Shown here: piece after piece, positions 8,728 to 19,321 of the stretch
Numbering within the stretch: the stretch's first letter is position 1
Layout: each line of letters opens with the position of its first letter
IMG/VR virus record: IMGVR_UViG_3300045007_000064
Location: 124,236 to 171,128 of that record
Reading direction: 5' to 3' (one strand)
From: a virus
Lineage: Duplodnaviria; Heunggongvirae; Uroviricota; Caudoviricetes
DNA: 46,893 nt
The notes under the pieces: model-generated
What the model saw: only the letters and a program-made list of their open reading frames with translations
Databases searched by the model: none
Told to the model about the DNA's origin: nothing
Made by a program: the position numbers and the translations under genes

Positions 8728-10977
8728 TTATCCAGACCACCCAGATCGGAATCGGATGTCCACGGTGGACGGAGAAAGGGCACGACTCAGCAGACCATTC
8801 GGAAGACGCCAGGTGCGCTTAGCGATGTTGGCAGCAACCTTGGTGTACTGCACCACGTTATATGCCGGGATGGAGTCAACAGCATACGTGCCGTTGAATA
8901 CATCTCGGTTGGTGGTGTTCGTGACCGTACCCGCTGCATTGTTCTCCGCAACATTGGCGTTGGTCTGGGCATAGGAAATTGTGTAGTCCGTAATAGCCGT
9001 GATGACCTTTCCGACGCCATTGAAGATGGTGTTGGAGAGGTTGGTAACACGGCTGTACTGCCCAGGCGCAGCATTGACCGGGACGGCGCGTGCGGTGACG
9101 GCAGCTCCGGTGTTGTTGTAGCTGATGGTGTTCGCTCCCGAGTTTACCGCGGTGACCACGAACGTACCATTGAACTCCTGATTGGACGTGTTGGTAGCTG
9201 TTCCTCCGGAGGTAGCCAGGGATGCGACATTCGCAGCCGTCTTCGCGTACGTGACCGTTGTCGGTGTTGGCGTGGAGATGGTAAACGTACCATTGAAGAG
9301 CGCGTTGGTGATGTTCTGGATGGACCCTCCGGAGGCCGTCAGTGGCACGTTGGGTCCGACCTTCGCGTAGCGGAGGGTGTTCGCTGTCACCTGAGTGATA
9401 GTGAACGTACCATTGAATAGTGCATTGGTTACGGAGGACACCGAGCTGGTGGTCAACGGCGTCTGCGTGGAGTTCACGGTTGCAGCCGCGGCAACATCTA
9501 CCGAAGGCGGACCACCCCAGTTACCCGGGTATCCGTTGGCCAGAGTGTCCGTGTAGATGGTGCGCGCACGCACATGGAATCGCTGAGTGACACCCGCAGG
9601 CAGGTCATCAATAGCGTATCTAGTATTCGACGCGTTGATCTTCGCAATAAGTACAAAGGGGCCTGTACCGTTTACCTGCTGGAAGATAGAGTAGCCGGAA
9701 AGCGAACCGCTGGGGGCTGTCCAGGAAAGTTCCAGGCGGTTCGAGGCGGTGGGAGAATCGATCACCGTTACACCTGTCGGGGCCGCAGGCTCTCCGATGG
9801 GGGTGATGATGACCTGGTTCGACCACGGACTGAGTGATCCCTCAGCATCAGCCAAGGCGTTGCGTGCGGCGACCTTGAAGGTGTACGCAACACCCGGGGT
9901 CAGTCCAGTTACGGTGTAGGTCGTGCCTGTTCCGGTAGTCGTTGCGATAGGCGTATCATCAGCCAGTCGGATTGTGTATCCGGTAATTCCACCAGCACCA
10001 GCGTTTACGGGTGCGGTCCAGGACAGGTTGACGACACCAGGAGACGAGGTTGAAGACGCTCCGGTGAGGTTCTGGGGCGCGCTAGGCGGTCCGGGCGCTA
10101 CGCCCGAGGCTTCGACACTCTGCGGACCCATTCCGGAGACCGAGTTCGAGTATGCGTTACGAGCAGCGATGGTGAAGGCATATGTCTGGTACGGGACAAG
10201 TCCATCAGCCGTGTAGGTGGTTCCCGTACCGGTAGTCGTGCCCACCTGAACGCCGTCACGGAAGATGTTGTAGCCGACAATTCCACCCGTACCTAGGGTA
10301 GCCGGAGCTGTCCAAGTAAGGGCAACTCGGCCCGAGACGGTCGTGCTCGGGGTCGCTACAGGGGTTCGCGGGGCGGTGGGGTGGCCTAGGGTGGTCGTAG
10401 ACAGCGCAGACGACCACGGACCAGCTCCTACTGCGTTGAAGCCTCGTGCTCGCGCCCAGTACTGCGTGTGGTTCTGGAGGTTAGTGTGAAGAACATTGCC
10501 GTCATTGGGCGCATTGACGCCTGTACGGACTCCGGTCGTAAACGACGAGTTGGTGGCTAGCTGGACTTCCCACTTCGTAATCGCGGAGCCACCGTTCGAG
10601 TTGCCCGAGAAGGTGTACCGGAACGAAGTAGCGGTAAGCTGGTCGATAGAGCGGGATGTAGGTGCTGCGGGTACGGTCGCACGGGAAATACCCACGGAGA
10701 ACGGACCAGCGGGACCACCCAGACCCCAAGTACCGGTATCGTACTGTCCAATGGAGACAGTCTGGGAGTAGGATACCGTCCAAGCCCCGAGAAGCTTAGA
10801 ACCGAATCCCGCGGCAAGGGAAACGGAGCCACCGACACCAACACCGTTGACAGTTCCATACCAGCGGTAGTTTTCACCGCGGGTCGAGGGGTCCGAACAC
10901 AGGACGTAGAAGCGTACAACGGAGCCGTCGTCGGTGATTCGCAGCGTACCGCGATTACCTACTGCCCAATCGGCCAT
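8728..10977 (-). CDS. minor tail protein: N-terminal beta domain, 4 fibronectin type III domains, 5 repeat half-units, Dit-like terminal strand
   Basis: Four PxAP...LxWTAP...YxFxxxARN FN3 units; five FNGT-type half repeats; ends VDIRFRSGWSG; AAGGA RBS. Confidence 0.8.
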   Translation of the reverse strand: MADWAVGNRGTLRITDDGSVVRFYVLCSDPSTRGENYRWYGTVNGVGVGGSVSLAAGFGSKLLGAWTVSYSQTVSIGQYDTGTWGLGGPAGPFSVGISRATVPAAPTSRSIDQLTATSFRYTFSGNSNGGSAITKWEVQLATNSSFTTGVRTGVNAPNDGNVLHTNLQNHTQYWARARGFNAVGAGPWSSALSTTTLGHPTAPRTPVATPSTTVSGRVALTWTAPATLGTGGIVGYNIFRDGVQVGTTTGTGTTYTADGLVPYQTYAFTIAARNAYSNSVSGMGPQSVEASGVAPGPPSAPQNLTGASSTSSPGVVNLSWTAPVNAGAGGITGYTIRLADDTPIATTTGTGTTYTVTGLTPGVAYTFKVAARNALADAEGSLSPWSNQVIITPIGEPAAPTGVTVIDSPTASNRLELSWTAPSGSLSGYSIFQQVNGTGPFVLIAKINASNTRYAIDDLPAGVTQRFHVRARTIYTDTLANGYPGNWGGPPSVDVAAAATVNSTQTPLTTSSVSSVTNALFNGTFTITQVTANTLRYAKVGPNVPLTASGGSIQNITNALFNGTFTISTPTPTTVTYAKTAANVASLATSGGTATNTSNQEFNGTFVVTAVNSGANTISYNNTGAAVTARAVPVNAAPGQYSRVTNLSNTIFNGVGKVITAITDYTISYAQTNANVAENNAAGTVTNTTNRDVFNGTYAVDSIPAYNVVQYTKVAANIAKRTWRLPNGLLSRALSPSTVDIRFRSGWSG

Positions 10978-10997
10978 GTTAGATCAGTCCTTAGTCG

Positions 10998-13900
10998 TTA
11001 GAGGTTGTAAGCGAATGTCGTGCTGGTGACAGAGACAATCGTCTTAGTACCATTATACGATTCATTCGTAGTGTTAGTAATCGTGACCCCCGCGACAGCG
11101 TTCGACTCGTTGGTAGTCAGTGTCCAGTCACAGAACGTAAACGTGGTGCTGCTAGGTGTGCTTTCCACGATCTTGTATCCGTTGAATCCGGCGCGGGTGG
11201 CACCGGCTACCAGGATGCGGTCGCCCACGGCGAATCCGTGCGCAGCCGTAGTCGTCACCGTAACGAGGTTGGTCGTGGCGTTGCCGTCTAGGTTGCCAGA
11301 GAGGGTCGCGGTAGTTGGCAGAGCGATAATAACCTGGTCACCTACAGCGAATCCGTGCGCGGCAGCGGTCGTCATGACAATCTGAGTACCGCTACGAGCC
11401 TTCTTCGTGATAGATGCGTTGGCAGGCATGGCGACCGTGATCTGATCACCCACGGCGAAGGTGTGAGCCGCGGTGGTCGTGAGGATCGCCTGATTGTTGG
11501 TAAGCTGCTTGCTGCTAACCGTGGCGGCTGTAGGCAGTGCGACCACCACCGAGTCCCCCGCGGAGAATCCGTGGGCGTGCTGGAACCCGAGGGTGGCCAC
11601 GTTGCTCGTCAGGGACTTCTGGTTGGGAGTCGCGACCGTGGGCATAGCCACGACCACAGAGTCTCCCGCAGCTACACCGTGTGGAGCCTCGGTGGTCAGC
11701 GTTGCTACGTTCGAGGTGCGAGACTTGGTGACGATCTTAGAGGTTTCCGTGGACTGAACATCAACCACGTCACCAACCGCGTAGCCGTGTGGCGTTGAGG
11801 TGGTGAGAGTGACGACATTGTTCTCCAGCTTCTTCTTGCTTAGCGTAGCCGTCTCAGGCAGCGCTACAGTTAGCTGCTCACCGGGGATGAGGTAGTGAGT
11901 GTCTGCGGTCTCCAGTGTGACCGTGTTGTTCGACAGGGCCTTGCTGACGACCTCGACATTGGTAACGTCATCAAAGTACTCGATGACGTTATCACCGGGA
12001 GCAAACTTGATCCAGTCTGTCAGCGTGGTAAGCATACTGCGGTGGCCCGCGACCTCACCGTTGTAGGTGACAGAACGGTTATAGGTGTCAATAACCAGTA
12101 CATCGTTATTGACGAGCCGAATCTGCCCACTGGTGGACATCGGGTCGATGTCATCTGTAGAGATTTCGAAGCTGAACGAGTACGGGAAGACCTCAGAGAC
12201 AGCCGTGACGATCCGGGTCTGATCACTCTCCGAGAAGGGAATGACCATATTCAGAAGCGAAACCTCGTCACCTACCCGGAGGTGGTTCGGGGCCGTGGTC
12301 TTGATCGTAGCTACACCGCCGAGGGAGGACACCTCGTAGGCGTCCGCAATAAGACCGGCACCACGAAGGGGCTTTGCCAGCTCCATCGTCTCATTAGTTG
12401 TGGCATTGTAGATACGCGTACCCGATCCGGCAGGACCGGTAATCGTGAAGATGCCCGTAACATCCGCCGTTCCGATGTTGGTCAGAACGTCCATGTTGTA
12501 GGCCGTACGAGTGGACGTGGATGCGTTAGGGAGACCCGACCACTTGTAGACTTCGTACGGGGTCGTAGTCGTGTTGCCGCTGAATGCAGGGCCGGTGTAA
12601 ACACCCTCAACAAACGTCAAATCGTCCCACCACACCGGTCCGTCTGTCAGCGTACCTCCGGTGATCATGAATAGGTCAGTAGGGTTTTCAACCGTGAATG
12701 TAATGCGCGGTTCATGGACGCCTGCAACATTCGGAGCCGCTACATCAGCAACGTACGTCCCATTGACTCGATATCTGATCGACCTACGAGGGTAAGATAC
12801 CGCCGCGGTCCCCTGAGGTGCCGTCAGACGCACCTTTCCGACCGCGGTGTAGGTCTTTCCAACGGTCAGTCCTAGGGAGACAGCCGTACGGTAGTAGTAT
12901 GCGGTGTTTGTACTCCGAGGAATGATCTTCATCGAGTAGGAACCCGAGGATGCCCACTGGCTGGAGCGTACAGTCCAGCCAGTGCCGTCGTACGAGCCAA
13001 CCACCATCGCGGGGATAGTCGCAGTAAGAATGGACACGGAGTTGTCAACTCCCGCTGTCCAAGAAGGTGTCAGGTCAGAATCAGGCGTCGTGCTTCCGTC
13101 AAAGTAGTCTCCGACGTAGGCGACCTTCTCCATCAGAACGCGGTCGCTGTTGAGTCGGCGTCCGGTGTTCCCCGGGTTCTCGCGCAGGTAGGGGATGGCT
13201 CGTACGTGTGTGATCGTGCTTCCGAGCGCCTTGGAGGTGACGGAAACGCGAACAGTCTGACCGGGCTGGATGGTGACGTTCGGGCTGTAGACGAACTCAC
13301 TCGTCACTGCGGTGGCTCCGGCGTAGGGAGAAATCGAGTACTGAAGTGTGATGGGCGGCGCGCCAACAGGCACACTGAAGTCACGGCTCACCGTCCACAC
13401 CTCGCCTGGCGCGGCAGTGGCGGCGGTAGACTCATAAGGCAAGAGGGTGCCTGTCGGGGCTGCATCAGCAACAGCCGCCTGCCCATTGCCGACCCACGAA
13501 ACGTTACCTGTGGCGCTCCAGCCTGTGTTGGAGATGAAGCGGGGGTTAGTGCAGAAGTTTCTACGGACTTCGAGAGTGCCGGAAGTGTCTTCGAAAGAGG
13601 GGTTGGTAAAGAGGTTTGTGTGAACGGAATCTGGAACGTTAGAGGAGTTGTAGCTACCGCTCGTGTAGCCGTCAGGGTCTGACGAGTCCCAGTGGTACTT
13701 GATGGGGTCGCCAGCGCGGAGGTTGATCTGGAAGTTCGTGCGTCCGCGGGCGTTGACGGTCTTGACCGAGGGGCGCGAGGAAAGACGTACCCACGCAGCC
13801 TTCGTAGGCCCTTCGTGAGCGAACAACCATCCACCCTTTCGAGTCAGGTTGGTTGCCAGAATAAGGCGGTCGATGGACTTGGTGAGGCTTTCTTCTGCAT

Positions 13901-14690
13901 CCTTTGGTACGAAGAATCCCGTGAGGGTTAGCTGGCGGGCCTTGGTGCGGCCTTCTACGTCGTAGGAGCCGTCCTCGGTGCCTCGACTGATGTCCGGAAT
14001 TTCCGGGTCCGCCTGGCCCCACCAACCTTCGATATCGGTGACAACCCAGAGGGTGTCATCTTCATCGATGGTGTTCATGACAAGACCGTTCAGATTCACG
14101 TCCGCGCCAAGACGCAGACCGTTGACGACCTGCGGAACGGCAGCCATTGCCTTGTTGGCAATGGCGTTCTTCTCAGCCTGGGTGATGTTGTCGAAGTACC
14201 CTCCGATATACGAGGCCTGCTCGATCAGCAGCGCGTCCACCATGAAGTACGCACCTGCCTTACCGGCGAGAGGCTGAATAATGGACACGTCAGCGAAGGT
14301 CGCACCCGCGGGAGCAACCCAAACACCTCCGATACGGAACTCCGTGTCATCCGTGTCCATGCGCAGGGTCGCGGAGGTGACTGTGCTCTGGACAATACCC
14401 AGAGAGTTTAGCCACTCAACCTGCAAGATGATTTCAGCGTGGTCGCTCTCCGGAATGGTGATAGGAAGACGAGTGTACGCGGAGAATGCGTACGACTCGC
14501 CTGCTACAACCGGAATGGGCGCAGCGATAGCGACACCCGTACCGTTTACTGCATCCTTGGTAATCTTCAGAGAGTACTTGCCGTAGAATGCCCACTCATC
14601 TGTGACAGACAGCGTGCTTCCAGTAAGCGGCTGGAATGCAGCCGTGGTACCCGTCCGCAGGGACGGGTCCTTAGCCAGATTGATACGCAT
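10998..14690 (-). CDS. distal tail protein (Dit)-like with CBM-like and beta-repeat insertions
   Basis: Follows tape measure; Dit core motifs WVVTDIEGWW, RQLTLTG, FQINLRAGDPIKY, VIDTYNRSV..WIKFAPGDNVIEY. Confidence 0.8.
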   Translation of the reverse strand: MRINLAKDPSLRTGTTAAFQPLTGSTLSVTDEWAFYGKYSLKITKDAVNGTGVAIAAPIPVVAGESYAFSAYTRLPITIPESDHAEIILQVEWLNSLGIVQSTVTSATLRMDTDDTEFRIGGVWVAPAGATFADVSIIQPLAGKAGAYFMVDALLIEQASYIGGYFDNITQAEKNAIANKAMAAVPQVVNGLRLGADVNLNGLVMNTIDEDDTLWVVTDIEGWWGQADPEIPDISRGTEDGSYDVEGRTKARQLTLTGFFVPKDAEESLTKSIDRLILATNLTRKGGWLFAHEGPTKAAWVRLSSRPSVKTVNARGRTNFQINLRAGDPIKYHWDSSDPDGYTSGSYNSSNVPDSVHTNLFTNPSFEDTSGTLEVRRNFCTNPRFISNTGWSATGNVSWVGNGQAAVADAAPTGTLLPYESTAATAAPGEVWTVSRDFSVPVGAPPITLQYSISPYAGATAVTSEFVYSPNVTIQPGQTVRVSVTSKALGSTITHVRAIPYLRENPGNTGRRLNSDRVLMEKVAYVGDYFDGSTTPDSDLTPSWTAGVDNSVSILTATIPAMVVGSYDGTGWTVRSSQWASSGSYSMKIIPRSTNTAYYYRTAVSLGLTVGKTYTAVGKVRLTAPQGTAAVSYPRRSIRYRVNGTYVADVAAPNVAGVHEPRITFTVENPTDLFMITGGTLTDGPVWWDDLTFVEGVYTGPAFSGNTTTTPYEVYKWSGLPNASTSTRTAYNMDVLTNIGTADVTGIFTITGPAGSGTRIYNATTNETMELAKPLRGAGLIADAYEVSSLGGVATIKTTAPNHLRVGDEVSLLNMVIPFSESDQTRIVTAVSEVFPYSFSFEISTDDIDPMSTSGQIRLVNNDVLVIDTYNRSVTYNGEVAGHRSMLTTLTDWIKFAPGDNVIEYFDDVTNVEVVSKALSNNTVTLETADTHYLIPGEQLTVALPETATLSKKKLENNVVTLTTSTPHGYAVGDVVDVQSTETSKIVTKSRTSNVATLTTEAPHGVAAGDSVVVAMPTVATPNQKSLTSNVATLGFQHAHGFSAGDSVVVALPTAATVSSKQLTNNQAILTTTAAHTFAVGDQITVAMPANASITKKARSGTQIVMTTAAAHGFAVGDQVIIALPTTATLSGNLDGNATTNLVTVTTTAAHGFAVGDRILVAGATRAGFNGYKIVESTPSSTTFTFCDWTLTTNESNAVAGVTITNTTNESYNGTKTIVSVTSTTFAYNL

Positions 14691-17600
14691 TAGTAGGCTG
14701 CTCCTGCTCTCTGACGCTTAGACATCTCGCGGGTAAGGCGCTCAACCAATTCGTCGGTGCTTTCACCCGGAAGCTGATAAACGTTGATAATCGTCGTTCC
14801 ACCGCCACCATTTGTCAGGTAGTCAATGATGGCCTTGTCTCTGTCGGACATTCCGTTGGCGTCCAGAGGCTCGATGCGCTCTGCGCGTCCAGCTTCTGCC
14901 ACCTGTACAATAGTACCACCATTTGACGGATAGACAGTTCCACCCTTGGCCATAGCGGCGTGGACGTGATCCCAGTGAGTAGCACGAACCGCGCCAGTCC
15001 AGTAGTGCGGCTTTCCGTTGAGGAGCTGACGGTTACCGGCAGGCGAGTAGATAAGCTCTCGCGCGTTCGGGAACAGGGCCAGCATGCGGTTGAATGTGTC
15101 CATTGTAGCGGGCACAACGTCGATAGCACGACCGGAACCGTGGTAAGACTTTCCACCGTTGACGGTGATCGATCCTGGACGGTACGCGGACGTAATACGT
15201 GCACCAGGAATGGTGCGCTCAACGATAGCCTGCATGGCTCGCCAGCCCATGGCGTTCGCGGGCTTGTCCGATCCTTCGCTACCGCCGAAGAACTTCTTGA
15301 ACGCGGTTCCGATGTTCTCAGCGATCTTCACCGGCACACCGCCGATGAGGTCGGTGAACACGTTGTCACCGGCACCTGACATGAGCGGCTTGATCATGCC
15401 ATCGATCAGGTGCTTCTTCACCGCGTCAAGCGGGCTGATGAAGAAGTCACCGATAATCGACATGATGTTGCCGAGGGTGTCGAGGAAGTCTCCACCGAAG
15501 TCGGTCGTACCACCCTTAGCGAAGCGCTGCGTACGGGCCTGGTAGACGCCACCCGAGGCGAAGGCCTGACCACGACGTGCCGCGCGGTTCATGCGCTCGA
15601 CAGCAGCCGGTCCACCGACCGCACGAGTCCATTCAGGACGCATGATAGCCTCTCCACCAGACAGGTGCAGCCAGCCACCGGTCGGGGAGTAGAACTTGTG
15701 GATGTCCCTACCCGGGCTGTAGCCAGGCATAACACCACCGGTTGCGAAGGCTACCTTCTTAGCGGGAGGCAGCTTCAGGTTGTCCATGCCGAAGTTACCG
15801 GCGATGTCATTCCAGAAGGAACGCAGACCCTTGTTGTAGACTGTCTCGATAACGAAGTTGACCGGAGCAGCCGCAGCCTTCTTGATACCGTCCCACGCCT
15901 TGGCGATACCGTCAGCAACATTCTCGAACGCCTGCTGGACGAGACCGACAGCCGTCTTGATCGGGTTGAAGATATTCTTGTCGATCCACAGCCAGATTGT
16001 GTTTAGACCGTTCTGGAGGTCCTGCCACGCCTTCTGGATGACTGTACCGGCGTACGCGAACGCAAGCTGGAGGACATTCAGCGCCAGACGAATCGGAGCG
16101 AAAATGTAGCGGTCAATCCACTGCCATACGGTGTTGATCGCGTTCTGGATGTTGACCCAGACCTGCCCGATGAACTTACCGACGTTGTTGAATACCTGAC
16201 CAACAAACTCCATAGCCGCACCGATGGGCTTGAAGATGTAGGTGTCGATCCAGATGAACGCAGCCTCCATCGCATCAGCGATGCCCTGCCATACCGTCGT
16301 GAAGAACGAAGCGATATTGTTCCATACGTCGGAGAAGAAAGTGAAGATACCGTTCCAGAAATTGTCCCAGTTCTCACCGAATCCGGTGATGGCACCGATG
16401 ATCCAGGTGATGACGTTAGTCAGGACCTGGACAACGACCTTCAGGATAGCAGCCAAGACCTGCACGATCACCGTGATAATGGTCGCCAGAATGGGGACGA
16501 TGAATCCGAGGACGTTAGCAAGCAGCTCGAATACCGGCACCAGCGAGGTAACGATCAGAGCAATCAGAGGAGCAATAGCTGAGACGATGGTTGTAAACAC
16601 CGGCACGAGCGACTGGACGATGGTCGTGATGACCGGTACGATGGCTTCGATAATCTGAGTGAAAATCGGGATCAGAGGCTGTAGGGCCTCCATGATCTGC
16701 GCACCCGCGTCCGCGAAAGTCTTGGACAGGTCCGCCCATACGGCGTCCATGTCCTTCTTGAACTGGTCATTCGTGTTGTAGAGCGTGATGAACAGTCCGA
16801 CCAGGGCAGCGATGGCACCGATCACGATACCGACCGGGCCAAGCATGAGCGCGCCTAGGCCGCGCCCGAACGTAGCAAGGCCCGTGCCCGCGGTGGACAT
16901 GGCTGAGCCAATGCCGCCCATGGCAGCCTGAAGCGCACGAGACGGAGCGCCCATGATTTCGAACGCACGACTCATGCCCAGGGTGTTGCCGGTTACAACT
17001 CGGCTGATGGTACCTAGAACGGTGAGCTTTCCGGTAATTCCGTTCACCGTGGTGAGTGTGGCTCCACCGAGGTTATTGAACTTCGTGAATCCAGCGACCA
17101 AGCTGCGGCCTGCGTCAACGGCGATACCCATCGGCTTCAGCAGACCGATGATGCTACCCGCGAATACCTTGATACCGAATGTAGCTGTAGTTGCTACAAG
17201 ACCAATGGCGGACATGAACGCGAAGATGCGTCCGAAGAAGTCCATGATGGCCTTGTTACCGGGGTCAGCAACGAAGTCCAGAACCGCACCGAAGATGGCA
17301 TTCAGCGTGTCGAAGAAGACCCGCATTGCACCCGTGTCGGTCATAGCCGATACAATCTTCGTGACAGTCACGACCAGCTCAGCCAGCGCGGGAGCTGAGT
17401 CTACAGTCTGCTGGAGGATGTTCTCCAGAGCCGGAGCACCCTGTAGAAGAACCTCGAAGGCCTTTCCTAGGTTCTGGTTCTCACCCAGACGTCCCAGGAT
17501 GCCCGCAAGCGATGTGAGAGTGTCCAGGACCTTCGTAGCATTGGTGGCAACGTTCTGGAAGAATACGACCAGTCCGGGGCTGCTGCCCCAATCCGAGGTC

Positions 17601-19303
17601 GCCTTCTCTAGCCAGGTGAGGAGGATATCTCCGCCTGTACCGGGGCCGAGGTTGGCATCGATGATGCCGCCGATTCCGCGGAATACATTGCCGAAGATGT
17701 TGCCGAACTTGACGGCTGTAGCTTCGGCGCGTCCGAAGAAGTCTACAAGAGCATTCTTACCCGTGACCGAGTTGAGGTAGTTCGCAAACGTACCCATCTG
17801 GCCGTTGATGAAATCGAAGAAGCGCTGCGCCATCGGGGCAGTCGCCACGAAGATCGACAGCAGAATGTCGTAGAGGTTTCCAGCTACTCCCGCAAACGTA
17901 CGGAGCAGGTCAGCCGAAGACGAGAAGATCGACGCAAGCTTGTCCAGGTTTGACCCAGTGGTGATGAAGTTCGCGAGGATAATCGCGGCGTCACCCATCG
18001 CGCCAGCAACCTGACCGATACCGGTAGCAACAACCGGGTAGGCCTTCTCCATGAGGATTTCGATACCGCGCTGGAGCTTAGGCAGGAATGCGTTAGCCGC
18101 AATCTCGCTCAGAGCCTCCATCTGCGGACGCAGCGAGTTCAGGAAGAGAACGAACTTGCGCTGGGCGTTGTTCAGTCCGTCGTCCCATGCAGCACCAGCA
18201 GCCGCAGCAGCCGCGGGAGCGCTCGAAGCGGCGTCCTGGCGGTCGTCTACGTTCTGGGCGTCCTTACGGGCCTGCGTAACGTCTCGTAGAGCGTCTTCCT
18301 CGTCCTGAAGGGCAGCCTTGACAGCCTTGGCCTTGTCCTCCTCGGCCTTGGCTACGCGATTGCGTGCGTCGATAACGCTATCGAGTCCGTTGACACCTGT
18401 GCGGGCTAGGCGCTCCTGCTCCGCGGCGAGGTCAGCGTTGGAGTCCTTCGCCTTGCGGTAGTTGAGTTCAGCTTCCTGGTACGCCAGCTCGGCCTCACGG
18501 CGGGCACGGCTGTTCGGCGGAAGGTCCTGAACGCGAGCCAGTGTCTCGCGAGCCTTCTCTAGATTGAGAGCGGCACGCTGCTCGTTGAGAGCCGCGTCCT
18601 CTGCCTCGAAACCGAGCTGCTGAATCTCTTCACGACCGGCACGGATGGCATTGGTCAGATCGATTTGCGCTTCTGCGACTGCTCTGTTAGCATTGATCAA
18701 CCGCTCACGGTTGCCCTCAATGACGCGGGCAAGGGACCGCTCGGCATCTTCAATACGTCGAGCGGCTGCTTCGCGCGCCTGGGAATCACGGACGGCAGAC
18801 AGAGCTGTCTGCGTTCCTGTAGTTGCTGCCTTTGTTGACTGCTTATTGAGCTGCTGTAGTGCCTTACCGACTCCGCCTAGGGCGAGACGGGAGGCAATCA
18901 TACCCGCGCCAAGAGCGGCGTAGGCGTTACCTAGAACCGCGACCGTGCTGGCGGCACCACCCGCCGCTCCGATGAGCGCTCCTAGCGAGGAAATCACCGC
19001 GGAGATGCCACCGACTACGGTGGTGAGGGCGGTACCGAGTGTGTATCCAGAGCGGACGAGGGTGGAGAAGCTACGACGAGCTGCCTCAGCCTCGGGCACC
19101 ATCGAGCGGATACCGTTTGCTACGCGGCGGAATGCGTTTGTATCTACACCGCGGTTGAAGCCATCGGAGAAGGCGCGACCCAGGGTTTCACCGTCACGTC
19201 GGATAGTCCCCTGAGAACCACGAATGGCCTTCGAGATATCACTCTGCACATTCTGGGTTGCTGCCCGGAATGTGATGTAGACGGGAGTCATTAGACTAAC
19301 CAT
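14690..19303 (-). CDS. tape measure protein with C-terminal M15-like Zn peptidase domain
   Basis: 1537 aa, helical and W-periodic repeats, follows chaperones; SYHGSGRAID...HWDHVH motifs. Confidence 0.92.
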   Translation of the reverse strand: MVSLMTPVYITFRAATQNVQSDISKAIRGSQGTIRRDGETLGRAFSDGFNRGVDTNAFRRVANGIRSMVPEAEAARRSFSTLVRSGYTLGTALTTVVGGISAVISSLGALIGAAGGAASTVAVLGNAYAALGAGMIASRLALGGVGKALQQLNKQSTKAATTGTQTALSAVRDSQAREAAARRIEDAERSLARVIEGNRERLINANRAVAEAQIDLTNAIRAGREEIQQLGFEAEDAALNEQRAALNLEKARETLARVQDLPPNSRARREAELAYQEAELNYRKAKDSNADLAAEQERLARTGVNGLDSVIDARNRVAKAEEDKAKAVKAALQDEEDALRDVTQARKDAQNVDDRQDAASSAPAAAAAAGAAWDDGLNNAQRKFVLFLNSLRPQMEALSEIAANAFLPKLQRGIEILMEKAYPVVATGIGQVAGAMGDAAIILANFITTGSNLDKLASIFSSSADLLRTFAGVAGNLYDILLSIFVATAPMAQRFFDFINGQMGTFANYLNSVTGKNALVDFFGRAEATAVKFGNIFGNVFRGIGGIIDANLGPGTGGDILLTWLEKATSDWGSSPGLVVFFQNVATNATKVLDTLTSLAGILGRLGENQNLGKAFEVLLQGAPALENILQQTVDSAPALAELVVTVTKIVSAMTDTGAMRVFFDTLNAIFGAVLDFVADPGNKAIMDFFGRIFAFMSAIGLVATTATFGIKVFAGSIIGLLKPMGIAVDAGRSLVAGFTKFNNLGGATLTTVNGITGKLTVLGTISRVVTGNTLGMSRAFEIMGAPSRALQAAMGGIGSAMSTAGTGLATFGRGLGALMLGPVGIVIGAIAALVGLFITLYNTNDQFKKDMDAVWADLSKTFADAGAQIMEALQPLIPIFTQIIEAIVPVITTIVQSLVPVFTTIVSAIAPLIALIVTSLVPVFELLANVLGFIVPILATIITVIVQVLAAILKVVVQVLTNVITWIIGAITGFGENWDNFWNGIFTFFSDVWNNIASFFTTVWQGIADAMEAAFIWIDTYIFKPIGAAMEFVGQVFNNVGKFIGQVWVNIQNAINTVWQWIDRYIFAPIRLALNVLQLAFAYAGTVIQKAWQDLQNGLNTIWLWIDKNIFNPIKTAVGLVQQAFENVADGIAKAWDGIKKAAAAPVNFVIETVYNKGLRSFWNDIAGNFGMDNLKLPPAKKVAFATGGVMPGYSPGRDIHKFYSPTGGWLHLSGGEAIMRPEWTRAVGGPAAVERMNRAARRGQAFASGGVYQARTQRFAKGGTTDFGGDFLDTLGNIMSIIGDFFISPLDAVKKHLIDGMIKPLMSGAGDNVFTDLIGGVPVKIAENIGTAFKKFFGGSEGSDKPANAMGWRAMQAIVERTIPGARITSAYRPGSITVNGGKSYHGSGRAIDVVPATMDTFNRMLALFPNARELIYSPAGNRQLLNGKPHYWTGAVRATHWDHVHAAMAKGGTVYPSNGGTIVQVAEAGRAERIEPLDANGMSDRDKAIIDYLTNGGGGTTIINVYQLPGESTDELVERLTREMSKRQRAGAAY

Positions 19304-19321
19304 GGGTGCGCGCCTCCTTCC

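Noticed and set aside
10978-10997. Stop-codon readthrough joining Dit and the 749-aa gene
   Set aside because: 20-nt spacer puts them out of frame, an RBS is present and no slippery site was seen; a rare frameshift is not fully excluded
4341-14690. Diversity-generating retroelement acting on tail genes
   Set aside because: No reverse transcriptase and no near-identical TR/VR pair with adenine-specific differences noticed
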